In this document: positions 1-12,639 of the stretch, one piece after another
Layout of the letters: each line of letters starts with the position of its first letter
Numbering within the stretch: position 1 is the stretch's first letter
Origin: Octopus sinensis
Lineage: Eukaryota
NCBI RefSeq assembly: GCF_006345805.1
Contig: NC_043001.1
Location: 62,062,001-62,126,000, forward strand
Direction: 5' to 3'
DNA length: 64,000 nt
Notes under the pieces: model-generated
The model's database searches: none
Told to the model about the DNA's origin: nothing
What the model saw: only the letters and a program-made list of their open reading frames with translations
Translations under genes and position numbers: made by a program

Positions 1-53
1 TCACAGAGAGGGTCATAACCCATCTCATTAGGGAGAGAATTTGCTTAGATGAG

Positions 54-1322
54 ATGCAGTTCGGTTTTGTGCCGGGTAGAAGCACCACTGATGCTATATT
101 CCTGGTCCGACAACTGCAGGAGAAGTACCTAGCTAAAGATAAACCCCTCTACATAGCTTTTGTGAACTTGGAGAAAGCCTTTGACAGGGTCCCCCGATCC
201 CTTATCTGGTGGTCGATGCGGAAACTGGAGATTGACGAATGGCTAATAAGGGCTGTACAGGCCCTATACAGAGAGGCTGTCAGCAAGGTTAGGATTGGCA
301 ACAAATATAGTGAAGAATTCCTGGTAGAAGTAGGTGTACACCAAGGCTCAGCCCTCAGTCCCCTTTTATTCATCATAGTCCTCCAGGCAATAACAGAGGA
401 ATTCAAAACAGGTTGCCCCTGGGAGCTCCTCTATGCTGATGACCTGGCTCTCATAGCAGAATCACTACCGGAACTAGAAAAAAAATTTCGGGTGTGGAAG
501 CAAGGGTTAGAATCAAAGGGCCTTAGAGTAAATGTAGCAAAGACCAAAGTTATAGTAAGCAGAAAGGCGAACTCAGCACACACCCCATTGGGCAGGTGGC
601 CCTGCTCGATCTGTAGGAAAGGTGTAGGTAGAAACTCCATAAGATGTACCCAGTGTAAGCTATGGACGCATAAGAGGTGCAGCAACATCAAAGGGAAATT
701 AACTGATAAGATAGCTTTCATGTGCAGCAGATGCACAGGGACAATAGACACCACAGATACTCATAAAACAGATTCCATCACACTCCAGGGGGAGAAACTA
801 GAAGTAGTTGATAGTTTCCGCTACCTGGGTGACCAATTTAGTAGTGGGGGTGGATGCTCAGAAAGTGTCACCACTAGAATACGAATAGCCTGGGCAAAGT
901 TTAGAAAGCTCCTACCCCTACTGGCGACAAAGGGTCTCTCGCTCAGAGTGAAAGGTAGATTGTATGATGCATGTGTGCGAACTGCCATGCTTCACAGTAG
1001 TGAAACATGGGCCATGACTGCAGAGGACATGCGTATACTTGAAAGAAATGAAACTAGCATGATCCGTTGGATGTGTAATGTCAGTGTGCACGCACGACAG
1101 AGGGTAAGCACCCTGAGAGAAATGCTGGACATAACAAGCATCAGATGTGGTGTGCAAGAGCGACACTTGCGATGGTATGGTCATGTACTGCGGATGGATG
1201 AGGAGAGATGTGTGAAGAAGTGCCACTCCCAAACAGTTGAAGGTATCAGGAAGACATGGGATGAGGTAGTCAAGCATGACCTCAGAGCGTTGGGCCTCAC
1301 AGAGGCAATGGCGAAGGACTGA
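54..1322 (+). CDS. Partial non-LTR reverse transcriptase ORF with an internal Cys/His-rich (PHD-like) finger
   Basis: 422-aa open frame with RT motifs and WPCSICRKGVGRNSIRCTQCKLWTHKRC...CSRC between the YADD region and the thumb. Confidence 0.9.
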   Translation: MQFGFVPGRSTTDAIFLVRQLQEKYLAKDKPLYIAFVNLEKAFDRVPRSLIWWSMRKLEIDEWLIRAVQALYREAVSKVRIGNKYSEEFLVEVGVHQGSALSPLLFIIVLQAITEEFKTGCPWELLYADDLALIAESLPELEKKFRVWKQGLESKGLRVNVAKTKVIVSRKANSAHTPLGRWPCSICRKGVGRNSIRCTQCKLWTHKRCSNIKGKLTDKIAFMCSRCTGTIDTTDTHKTDSITLQGEKLEVVDSFRYLGDQFSSGGGCSESVTTRIRIAWAKFRKLLPLLATKGLSLRVKGRLYDACVRTAMLHSSETWAMTAEDMRILERNETSMIRWMCNVSVHARQRVSTLREMLDITSIRCGVQERHLRWYGHVLRMDEERCVKKCHSQTVEGIRKTWDEVVKHDLRALGLTEAMAKD

Positions 1323-1499
1323 GATCTCTGGAGATATGCTGTGACTGCAAAGGCCCGGGCTGCTTCCTGCACCAGTTTCACATAGCCCCTGCCTATTCAA
1401 AGTACCTTGGATTCTAGAACATCCCGCTGTGCTTGAGGAGACCTATTGAGTCAAGTACATGAACATCGAAATAAATATCAATGGAAATAGTAGTTGTGA

Positions 1500-1725
1500 T
1501 ACCTGTGCCGGTGACACATAAAAAGCACCATCCGAACGTGGCTGATGCCAGCGCCGCCTCGACTGGCTTCTGTGCCGGTGGCACATAAAAAGCACCATCC
1601 GAACGTGGCCGATGCCAGCGCCACCTAGACTGGCTTCCATGCCGGTGGCACGTTAAAAGCACCAACCGATTGTGGCCAATGCCAGACTCCCCTGGCACCT
1701 GTGCCGGTGGCACATAAAAAGCACC
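1500..1725 (+). repeat. ~60-70 bp minisatellite in the RTE 3' UTR
   Basis: Four imperfect copies of tgtgccggtggcacataaaaagcacc...; related arrays at about 4240-4760 (-) and 8980-9190 (+). Confidence 0.8.
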
Positions 1726-1989
1726 CACTACACTCGCGGAGTGGTTGGCATTAGGAAGGGCATCCAGCTGTAGAAACACTGCCAGATCAGACTGGAGCCT
1801 GGTGCAGCCCCTGGCTTCCCAGACCCCGGTCGAACTGTCCAACCCGTGCTAGCGCGGAAAACGGACGTTAAACAACGATGATGATGATGATGATGATGTT
1901 CAAATGATAATTATCCATTTATACTTGGCAAATGTGAATTTCCTCATGTGCAAGCATCTCAAAGTTTGCACCTTTCTAGAATTTATTAC

Positions 1990-3600
1990 ATTAGCTTTGT
2001 ATGTGAAAATCAAGTAAAATTCTTATAAACATAGGTCACATCTATTGGCACCAGGTCTGTATGGTTTTGCAATACAATTTAATTCCCATTTATTAGCACA
2101 GTCTTTGTTACTGACCTTCAAAGACCAGATTAATTTGCTAAGACTCATTTGGAACCATTTATTTTTGTCTTTAAATAAATTCAAATGATTTGCAAGTCTC
2201 CTCTTAAAAATTATGATGTCCCACCGATGTAAAAGAATTCCTTACCCTCAGATGTAACTTTACATCACTGTATTACATTTTTAGTCTTGTACTTATTTTC
2301 CACATAACAGTATTCCAATTTAGAACAATTGCAAAGATATTCTTTTATATTTCTCTCAGATTTAATTTTAATTTAGTCATTCATTGTAGAATTAAATTCA
2401 TTTCCACCTTGATCTTTATTACTATTTACTCATTTAGATAATGTTATCTAGCTGACCTTCTATTCAATTTGACATTATTGGGTTGTTCCCCTTTCCACAA
2501 CATTTAAATTCCTAGTGTTCCCTTCTATTTGAGTTTTTTTATTTTTTATTCTGTTTGATATTATTATGCCTAATATTTACTACACTATTCTGATTATAAT
2601 TGCTTTTTTGAAGTATTGATATTATTTTAACATTATGTGCTGCTATAATTTGTGCAATGTTTCTGCTAAGACAAAAAACCAATCTAATCATATGTTTGTT
2701 TAAAATTTTGTAATATTTGTGATTGTTTGGAGAATATTTTTGAATTGCTGTATTAAACAATTTAGAAAAATTGCAATCTACCTGTTTACCAAATGGAATG
2801 ATTAACCATAAAGTATTTTTCAAGTTGAGATCATAATCTTGATGTTTATACCCATTTTTAGAAGGAATAAGTATTCTCTGATTTCAGTCCATTTTAAAGT
2901 TAGTATTTATTTTATTTTTATCTTTAATATTAAAAGAATTTGAGATTTTATTAGAGAATACTACATCCTCACTTCTATTAGCAGTATGAGGATTTTTAAA
3001 CCAGTTATCAACAATCTTATGATTTTACCTTTTGTTTGAATTATAATTGTTCATTTGTTTATTTTCTGTATTAAAATCAATGCTCTTGTTATTTTATCTT
3101 CTATATTTGATTTTAAATCCCCATTACTACATTTCTTATAAGTAGATTTGTTTATAGTACTAGATTTTAGATCTGCATTATTAAAATTGCTATTTAAATC
3201 AGATTCATTATTTGGCTTAATTTTATCCTTATATCCTGTTTTCCTAACTGCCAAGTTATAGTAGTCTTCATTAAGTTTGAAAATATTGTCATTGGTTAAT
3301 AATTTAGTTAAAAAACTATGCATTCTCTCCTTAGTATTCTGAATTTTTTATGCTCTATGTAAATTTATTTGTCTATACACACACACACATACACACATTA
3401 AACAAGTCTGCTTAGTTTGTTGGAGTATTTCAATTGATCCTAAATGTAAACTCTGTAATGTCCATTTTGCCCTGAAGATCTCCCACCCAGGGTACTCAAA
3501 ATGCAAACTTATATTATTATACATGTTTTGTAATTTAAATTGGGTGCAAAGTAAAACAATTGTAGGCAATATTAATGAACTAATTTATATCCATTGAATT
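1990..3600 (-). mobile_element. Degenerate Penelope-like element (RT C-terminus and GIY-YIG endonuclease)
   Basis: Minus-strand peptides ...KHMIRLVFCLSRNIAQIIAAHNVKI and EFFYIGGTS...RRLANHLNLFKDK...LSKLIWSLK...KPYRPGANRCDLCL match the PLE thumb and GIY-YIG/Cys pattern; many stops. Confidence 0.8.
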
Positions 3601-3642
3601 TCTCCATTTTCAACCTTATTAATTATATATATATAAATATCT

Positions 3643-3979
3643 GTGAAGGCGCATGGCTCAGTGGTTAGAGCATCGAGCTTATGATCATGAGGTTGTGAGT
3701 TCGAATCCCAGACCGGGCTGTGTGTTGTGTTCTTGAGCAAGTCACTTTATTTCACGTTGCTCCAGTTCACACAGCTGTAGAAATGAGTTGTGACTCACTG
3801 GTGCCAAGTTGTGTCTGCTGTTGCTTTTCCCTTGGATAACACTGGTGGTGTGGAGAGGGGAGGCTGGTATGCATGGGTGACTGCTGGTCTTGCATAAAAC
3901 AACCTTGCCTGGACTTGTGCCTGGGAGGGTAACTTTCTAGGTGCAATCCCACAGTCAGTCATGACCGAAGGGGGTCTCA
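3643..3979 (+). mobile_element. tRNA-derived SINE with a 12-bp target-site duplication
   Basis: A-box tggctcagtgg, B-box gttcgaatcc, CORE-like gtgttcttgagcaagtcactt; atataaatatct at 3631-3642 and 3980-3991. Confidence 0.85.
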
Positions 3980-4070
3980 ATATAAATATCTATATGCTTG
4001 TACATATGTGTCTATCTTCTGAATATATTTCATTATATGTACCTATATATATATATATATATATATATAC

Positions 4071-7000
4071 TCATTATCATCATCATTGTCTAATGTCCAC
4101 TTTCCATGTTGGTATTGGTTGGACGGCTTGACTGAGGACTAGTGAGCCAGAGGCTGCACCTGACTCAATCTGATCTGGCAAAGTTTCTACAGCTGGATGC
4201 GTTTCCTAATACCAACCACTCTGAGAGTGTAGTGGTTGCTTTTTACATGCCACTGGCATGAGGGCCAGTCAGGTAGTTCTGGCAACGTCCACACTCTAAA
4301 AGTGATTTTACATACTACCTGCACAGGAGCCAGTCCAGCGGCACAGGCAATGACCATGTTCGAATCTCATTTTTCACGTGCCACTGGCACATGTACCAGT
4401 AAGGCGATGCTGGCAACAATCACACTCAAATGGTGCTTTTCACATGTCACCAGCACGGGAGCCAATCCGTGGCCCTGGCAACAATCACACTTGGATGTGC
4501 TTTTAACATTCCACTGGCCCAAGTGCCAATCAGGCGGTACTATCATCGACCACATCAGTGATTTTGGTTTGTTTACACTTGCCTCAATAGGTCTTCGCAA
4601 GCAAAGTTCATTGTCCAATGAATGAGGGGTACTCATAAGTGGGCCGGTTACACCCCATGTTCGGATGTGCTTTTAATGTGCCAATCAGGCAATACTGTCG
4701 TTGGCCACATCAGCAATTTTGATTTTGATTTCACTTGCCTCAATAGGTCTTTACAAGCAAGGTTTATTGTCCAATGAATGAGGAGTAGTCATAAATTGAC
4801 TGGTTACATCCACTGGCATAGGCTATGGGCTATGGTCTCACTTGGCTTGTCGGGTCTTCTCAAGCACAACATATCTCCAAAGGTCCCAATCACTAGTCAT
4901 TGTCTCGGTAAGGCCCAATGTTTGATGATCATGCTTCACTACCTCTTCCCAGGTTTTCCTGGGTCTACCTCTTCCACAGGTTCCTCAACTGCTAGGGTGT
5001 GACACTTTTTCACACAGCTGTCCTAATTCATTCGCAAAACATGACCATACCAGCACAGTCACCTCTCTTGCACACCACATCTGATGCTTCTTAAGTCCAA
5101 CTTTTCTCTCAGGGCACTTACACTCTGTCGTGTATGCACACTGACATTACACATCCAGCAGAGCATACTGGTTTCATTCCTTGCAAAGTTACACATGTCC
5201 TCAGATGTCACGGCCCATGTTTCACTGCCAAGTAGCATGGCTGTTCGTACACATGCATCAGGCAGTCTACCTTTTAATCTGAGTGAGAGGCCCATTGTCA
5301 CCAGCAGAAGAAGCTCTCTGAACTTTGCCCTGGCTATTCTTATTCTAGCAGCTACACTTTCAGAGCATCCACCCCTGATACTGACTTGGTCACCTAGGTA
5401 ACTCAGTTAGCCTCCCTTTGATATTGCTGCACCTCTTATGTATCCATAGCTTACACTGGGTACATTTTATAGAGTTTCTACCTACGCCTTTTCTACAGAT
5501 TGAGCAGGGCCATCTACCTGAAGGGATTTGTGGTTTGTCTGCCTTCCTACTTATTAAGATTTTGGTTTTAGTTAGGTTGACTCTAAGCCCTTTGATTCTA
5601 ATCCTTGCTTCCACACCTGAAACTTTTCCTCTAGTTCTGATAGTGACTCAGCAATTAGAGTCAAGGCTATCAGCATTGAGGAGCTCCCAGGGGCACTCTG
5701 TCTTGAATTCCTCTCTTATTGCCTTGAGGACTATGATGAATAAGAGGACTTATCCTTGGTGGACCCCTACCCCTACTCGGAATGCTTCACGGTACTCGTT
5801 GTCAGCCCTCACCTTACTGACAGCATCTCTGTACATGGGTTGCACAGCTCTCACTAACCATTCATCTATCCCTAGTTTCCTCGTTGACCACCAGATAAGG
5901 GATCAGGGGTCCCTGTTAAAGGCTTTCTCCATGTCAACAAAAGCCAGGTACAGGGGTTTATCTTTGGCTAGGTATTTCTCCTGCTGCTGTCTTACCAGAA
6001 ATATAGCATCAGTGGTGCTTTTCCCTTGCATGAACCCAAACTGCATCTCATCTAAACTAACTCTCTCCCTAATTAGTTGGGCTAAGACCCTCTCCGTGAC
6101 CTTCATTACCTGATCCAACAACTTGATACCTCTGTAATTATTTGTATCTAAACCGTCACCTTTACCTTTGTAGCAGTTGACTATTATGCTGCTACACCAG
6201 TCATTGGGTATGACTCCTTCGTGTATCACCTGGTTAACTATATGGGTGACTAGGCTATAGCCAACACTGCCAGATATTTTGAGCATCACTGTGGTGATAC
6301 CTGATGGGCTGGGGGCTTTCTCTGTCTTCATTCCCTTAATTACTTTATGTACAAAGGTACTGTCAATTCGGATAGCTGGTCCCTCTGTTGGGTCGACATT
6401 TGGCAGACTCTCTTTCTCCCATTCATTCCCTTTATTGAGCAACCTTTCATAGTGGCGTCTCCAAACCTCTCTGTTTGTAGCCTCCTGTAATGCAAGTGAA
6501 CCATCATCCATGCGGATACATTTCTCTCCTATGACATCATGATTCTCTCTCACACACTGTTTTGCAACATGAAATACTTCAAACCTTTGGTCCTCACAAC
6601 GCTGAACATTGGTAAATTTTTTCTTATCTGCTTCCCTAGCTTCCCTCCTGGCAGTCTGATACAACTCCCTATTACCACTGTTCTTCCAGTCTTTCCAAGC
6701 CTGTTTCTTTTTTCTAATAGCTCTGTCAACAACATTGTTCCCCCACCACGTTACCTTGGGTTGAGAGGGGACTTTGCACCATCCACAGATCTGGCCAGTG
6801 GCCCTCAGCAGGTTGTCCCGTAGAAACCTCCATTTGTCTTCCACATCATGTGATGCTATATCCTCTTCTATTTCGTCAAAGACTTCAAGTAATACGTCTC
6901 TAAATCTCTGTCCATTTGCAGGACCTTTAAGCTTCTAGACCCTTCTCCTTCATGCTGGTCGTCTTCTGGGTATCCATTTAGCCCTGATCCTGAAGTCGCT

Positions 7001-7790
7001 AACTACTAGTCTATGTTGTGGGGTACATTCTTTGCCTGGGAAGGTTTTGGCATTTATAAGCAGCCATCTTTCTCTTTTTCTGGCGAGGATGTAGTCAATT
7101 TGGCTAGTGTGTGTGCCAGTATAGTAGGTGACTAGGTGGCTGGCAGGTTTGCAGAAATTAGTATTGCAAACTATAAGATCATTTGCATTGCAGAACTCCA
7201 GCAGCCTGGTTCCCTCCTCATTACGGGAATCAAAACTCTAGCCTCCATGTTCACCATGGAAGCCCCTGCATGTTGTCCAACATGTCTATTGAAGTCACCA
7301 GCTACAAAGAGAAGGTCCTTGTCATTCGTCAACAAGGTAGTCTGCAAGAGGGTGTCATAAAATCGGTCTTTCTGTCCATCAGGTAGCCCTGGCTGAGGAG
7401 CATAGGCCGAGATAATGGTTGCTAACCCATGATGGAGCACTAATCTAATCTTAAGTATTCTGTCGCATACTCTGACTACCTCGATTACCTTATCAACCCA
7501 TTTCTCCACAAGAAGTATACCCACGTCCCCGACCCCATCAGTGGTCCCTGCCCAGAAAATCTTGTACCTGTGTTCTTTACCTGTGAGAAACCTAGCAGAA
7601 CCTCCTTACTATCTTACTTCATAGAGGCAGCACAAATCTACACGTGTCCATTCAAGCATCTCAACAATCTCACCTGACTTACCTTTCAGTGTGCCCATGT
7701 TGAGTGTGCCAACTCTGAGGGTGTGAGAGGTGTGGGCCCGTGAGACCCTGGGATAGGGGACAGAATTGTTATGTACCTGAAAAGAAAGCT
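4071..7790 (-). mobile_element. Near full-length degenerate RTE-clade LINE (APE endonuclease, RT, PHD-like finger, thumb, 3' UTR)
   Basis: Minus ORF pieces LRVGTLNMGTLKGK, IISAYAPQ, FVAGDFN, YRGIKLL, QFGFMQGKSTTDAIF, WPCSICRKG; (cat)n tail at about 4071-4087; same family as 1-1898, with an internal deletion near 5400. Confidence 0.92.
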
Positions 7791-8284
7791 CGCATTTGGC
7801 AGAATTCATAAAAAAAAACAATAGCCTTCAGCCTGCATACACTACACCATCATTTTTATGCACTATATGATCACTACCTTACATAGGAGATGAACCCTAA
7901 GTAGGTGTGGGGATGGCGTTAAGCCTTTAGAAGTGTTCATGGGAGACAACCAAAGGATGAAAGAGGATAGAGACTTCCAATACAGGTGGAGGGGTGGGAG
8001 GGCTTGCATACCGCGAAATAGCAAAATTAGACAAGAGCATTTTCTGGATTCGTATTCTTTCAGGGGAGTTATTAAAAATTGATTAGGGGAATCCGAGTGC
8101 ATGTGCTAGTTTATATTGGGTGGTGGAGGAGGGGGAGTGTTGGCAAAGCAAGTGGTAATCGAAACAAAGAGAGAGACAGAGTGAAGCACAGAGAGAGGGG
8201 GCTACAGTTATGGTGGTCAGGGATAGAACACGAGGGATAAAAATATTCTTTTGGGATTTTGGGTAACATATATATTTCTTTACT

Positions 8285-8490
8285 ACCCACAAGGGGCTAA
8301 ACACAGAGGGGACAAACAAGGACAGACAAAGCGATTAAGTCGATTCCATCGACCCCAGTGCGTAACTGGTACTTAATTTATCGACCCTGAAAGGATGAAA
8401 GGCAAAGTCGACCTCGGTGGAATTTGAACTCAAAACGTAACAGCAGACGAAATACGGCTACACATTTTGCCCGGCGTGCTACCGTTAACA
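8285..8490 (-). mobile_element. tRNA-derived SINE, family B (5' truncated)
   Basis: Minus strand has B-box gagttcaaattcc followed by gaggtcgactttgcctttcatcctttcagggtcgataaattaagtaccag; the motif recurs at about 16500 and 54050. Confidence 0.75.
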
Positions 8491-8809
8491 TAATTTAATG
8501 AAACAGCAAATGCTGATAATAGTGAAATAGAATTGAAAAATCTTAGAATTTAAAGTCAGCCAATCTGTGACAAAATTAGAGAAATAAGTAACGATGTGAC
8601 AAACTTGAATAAATGAATAGGTAACGAATAACAAATATGCATGAAGGAACTTACGTTATCTTAAGTGAGGAAGATGAAACTATGTTTAAAAGGTAATGAA
8701 ATAGATAGAATAATGAAAAGAACTAATAAGGGGTTTATGATCTGCGCAGAAATAGAGGAGTAGATGTATAAGGTTGATATATATATATATATTTTGAAAA
8801 CATGCAGTG

Positions 8810-9350
8810 TGTGAGAAGACCCAGCAAGCCAAGTGAGATCATAATCCGTGGCCTATGCCGGGGTGTAACCAGCCCACTTATGCATACCTTTCCTTCATTG
8901 GACACTAAACTCTACTTGTGAAGACCTGTTGAGGTAAGTGAAATTGAAATCGAATCAAATTCAATGACTGGCACCTGTGCCAGTGGAGCACTAAAAGCAC
9001 CATCCAAGCGAGATCATTGCCAGAGCAGCTGACTGGCTTCCGTACCAGTGGCACATGAAAAAGCATTCAAGCGAAGTCGTTGCCACTGGACTGGTTCCTG
9101 TGCAGGTGGCATGTAAGAAACACCATTTGAGTGTAGCCATTGCCAGTACCACCTGACTGGCCCTCGTGCTGATGGCATGTAAAAGCACCCACTACACTCT
9201 CGGAGTGCTTGACGTTAGGAAAGGCATCCAGCTGTAGAAACTCTGCCAGATCAGATTGGAGCCTGGTGCAGCCATCTGGTTTGCCAGTCCTCAGTCAAAT
9301 TGTCCAACCCATGCTAGCATGGAAAGTGGACGTTAAATGATGATGATGAT
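8810..9350 (+). mobile_element. RTE 3' UTR fragment with (GAT)n tail
   Basis: Minisatellite units plus the conserved end aggaaaggcatccagctgtagaaac...ggacgttaaatgatgatg, as in 1725-1898. Confidence 0.85.
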
Positions 9351-10945
9351 ATATATATCAAGACTATTCATGCTTATTTGAATCACTATCCCCATATATA
9401 ATATGTATTTAACACTGTACATCTTTAAAGGATTTCTCTTAAGCATAAAACCACTGCTTCCACATATATAAACATAAAACTACATACTTAACCACATCTT
9501 AAATATGTGGTATTGATAACATTTACATTATAGAGCTGCTTCTGCTACATAATCTGAATTTACACACACACACACACACACATTTGAGTGTAGCCATTGC
9601 CAGTACCACCTGACTGGCCCTCGTGCTGATGGCATGTAAAAGCACCCACTACACTCTCGGAGTGCTTGACGTTAGGAAAGGCATCCAGCTGTAGAAACTC
9701 TGCCAGATCAGATTGGAGCCTGGTGCAGCCATCTGGTTTGCCAGTCCTCAGTCAAATTGTCCAACCCATGCTAGCATGGAAAGTGGACGTTAAATGATGA
9801 TGATGATATATATATCAAGACTATTCATGCTTATTTGAATCACTATCCCCATATATAATATGTATTTAACACTGTACATCTTTAAAGGATTTCTCTTAAG
9901 CATAAAACCACTGCTTCCACATATATAAACATAAAACTACATACTTAACCACATCTTAAATATGTGGTATTGATAACATTTACATTATAGAGCTGCTTCT
10001 GCTACATAATCTGAATTTACACACACACACACACACACATTTGAGTGTAGCCATTGCCAGTACCACCTGACTGGCCCTCGTGCTGATGGCATGTAAAAGC
10101 ACCCACTACACTCTCGGAGTGCTTGACGTTAGGAAAGGCATCCAGCTGTAGAAACTCTGCCAGATCAGATGGAGCCTGGTGCAGCCATCTGGTTTGCCAG
10201 TCCTCAGTCAAATTGTCCAACCCATGCTAGCATGGAAAGTGGACGTTAAATGATGATGATATATATATCAAGACTATTCATGCTTATTGAATCACTATCC
10301 CCATATATAATATGTATTTAACACTGTACATCTTTAAAGGATTTCTCTTAAGCATAAAACCACTGCTTCCACATATATAAACATAAAACTACATACTTAA
10401 CCACATCTAAATATGTGGTATTGATAACATTACATTATAGAGCTGCTTCTGCTACATAATCTGAATTACACACACACACACACACACATTTGAGTGTAGC
10501 CATTGCCAGTACCACCTGACTGGCCCTCGTGCTGATGGCATGTAAAAGCACCCACTACACTCTCGGAGTGCTTGACGTTAGGAAAGGCATCCAGCTGTAG
10601 AAACTCTGCCAGATCAGATTGGAGCCTGGTGCAGCCATCTGGTTTGCCAGTCCTCAGTCAAATTGTCCAACCATGCTAGCATGGAAAGTGGACGTTAAAT
10701 GATGATGATGATATATATATCAAGACTATTCATGCTTATTGAATCACTATCCCCATATATAATATGTATTTAACACTGTACATCTTTAAAGGATTCTCTT
10801 AAGCATAAAACCACTGCTTCCACATATATAAACATAAAACTACATACTTAACCACATCTTAAATATGTGGTATTGATAACATTTACATTATAGAGCTGCT
10901 TCTGCTACATAATCTGAATTTACACACACACACACACACACACAC
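9125..10945 (+). repeat. Four-copy tandem array of a ~455-bp unit (RTE 3' end plus AT-rich flank)
   Basis: catttgagtgtagccattgcc starts at about 9125, 9581, 10038 and 10487; units are joined through (AC)n. Confidence 0.95.
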
Positions 10946-11699
10946 AGTGGAATGAAGTGAGTAATTTCTTATTTTCTCCACACCTGTTTGAAACCCTTAC
11001 ATTGCAAGTATCGCATCATCAGTGAGAATAAAAGTTGGTCGGCATAGTTACTTATGTTGAGAGTTTGAAACATTGTCAGATGACAGGTACTTTCTTTTTG
11101 AAGAAATTTTTCCTCAACTTTGACCCAACTGTAATTGGGATTGCTAATGAAATATCTCGATAATTTTTGGTGCTTAACAATCAATATTCTTTTCTCTTTC
11201 GGGTTCCAAATCAAATTTTTCCTCACACCAATGTCTAATTTAATAATTTTCAGTTTTCAAAGAATGATGTCTAAACTGGAGTAAAATGTGTAATGAGTAA
11301 TTTCAATTATTTCTTCTTTTTAACTGCATAGTGAAGAGTGCCACTCAAACAGATTGTGAAGAAGCTATAAAGAATATTTCTTGTTCAGTTTTTAGATTTA
11401 GTCAAGTTTTGTTAATTTCACATTATGAACTAACATCCTCTTTCAATTTGACCTAGATATATAAAATTTTTGTTGCATTTCTGATCTTCGTAGTGTCTAA
11501 GGATAGATATGAATGAGTATGAGTCTTTTCTCAAATGTAATTCTGGAGAAGTGAAGAAACAAATTTACTATATCTTGTCTTACTCATTTTGCCCCAGCAA
11601 GATTTGTTTCTTATATACTCAAAGAGAACGGAGGTAATTTTCTGAAATAGTTTTTCAGATTATGTTATAATGTTTTAATGTGTTGTGTTCATTTGCTTA

Positions 11700-12077
11700 G
11701 CTGATTTCGTGAAGTAGGGGCTGGGCTCCGAAAGGGGACTCGGGGAGTAGTGTTCCTACCTTCCTCAGGGAGTAGCATCCCTGCCTTCTTGAGCTAGTTT
11801 TCCACCACATTTCTTAAAAATCGTGGTAGAGGCCTTGGTCTTGGGACTACTCATGTCTAGAAACTGAGGCTGGGGGTAAACAAGGGCATGCTCCCTGAAG
11901 AAAATCCAGTTCCAAAAAAGCCTCATGAAACCAAAGGAGAATGGGCGCTAGCCAGCCCAAAGATTGGGGTGAGCTGCACCTGCCTACCTCAGTTGCTATG
12001 GCATTGAAGTAGATCTGGCCATCTCTGTTAATGGGAACAAAACCCGGATTTTAAATGCTAGATGATGATGATGATGA
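11700..12077 (+). mobile_element. GC-richer element ending in (GAT)n, probably another RTE-type 3' end
   Basis: Ends ...gggaacaaaacccggattttaaatgcta(gat)n; no ORF recognised. Confidence 0.5.
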
Positions 12078-12639
12078 ACTTTTGTAAAAAATAAACTTTT
12101 TCTTATTTCATTTTTGGTTTGCAAGATTCTTTATGTGAGTTCGTGTATTAAAGCATATTCTGTTGTGTCTGGGGAGAGTCATTTTCTTTTTGTTCCTTAT
12201 AATTTAACACACTCATGGGTAAGGTTTCCACTTATTCCTTATTTTTATTTTCCCAAAATTTTCGTTGCCTCTTGACTGTCCATTATTTGTACTGGGTTCC
12301 TTTTTGTTTGACTCTCCACAGACACAACAGAATAAACTTTTTCTAAAAGTAACAAATGCAGTAAATTTTACTCATTGTTCCCTTCAGTTATATATATGTA
12401 TATTCACTTATATATGTAGAGATAGCAATGGCAATAAACATGATAAATACACACACACACACACACACACATATAGATACACATAGATATATATAAATAC
12501 ATATATTCTGAAAATAAATACATATGTACAAGCTTGCATATGTGTATGTGTGTGTATTAGGGCTACCATTTGTTTCATGTTAAAAAATATCTTAATATCT
12601 TAGCAATTTTTCAAGCCAATCACATGGAGGAATTGTGTT

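Larger units (their letters stand above)
1..1898 (+). mobile_element. RTE-clade LINE, 3' half (RT, PHD-like finger, thumb, 3' UTR, (GAT)n tail); continues beyond the window start
   Basis: ORF 54-1322 has QFGFVPGRSTTDAIF, GVHQGSALSPLLF, LLYADDL, FRYLG and LRWYGHVLRM motifs; the 3' UTR ends ggacgttaaacaac(gat)n at about 1898. Confidence 0.93.

Noticed and set aside
1500-1725. Short regularly spaced repeats (also 4240-4760 and 8980-9190) resembling a CRISPR array
   Set aside because: The repeats are degenerate, the spacers are homologous to each other, the context is a eukaryotic LINE 3' UTR, and no cas genes are present
10969-11640. 85-aa minus ORF and exon-like segments
   Set aside because: No recognisable domain or consistent splice and frame support; left unannotated
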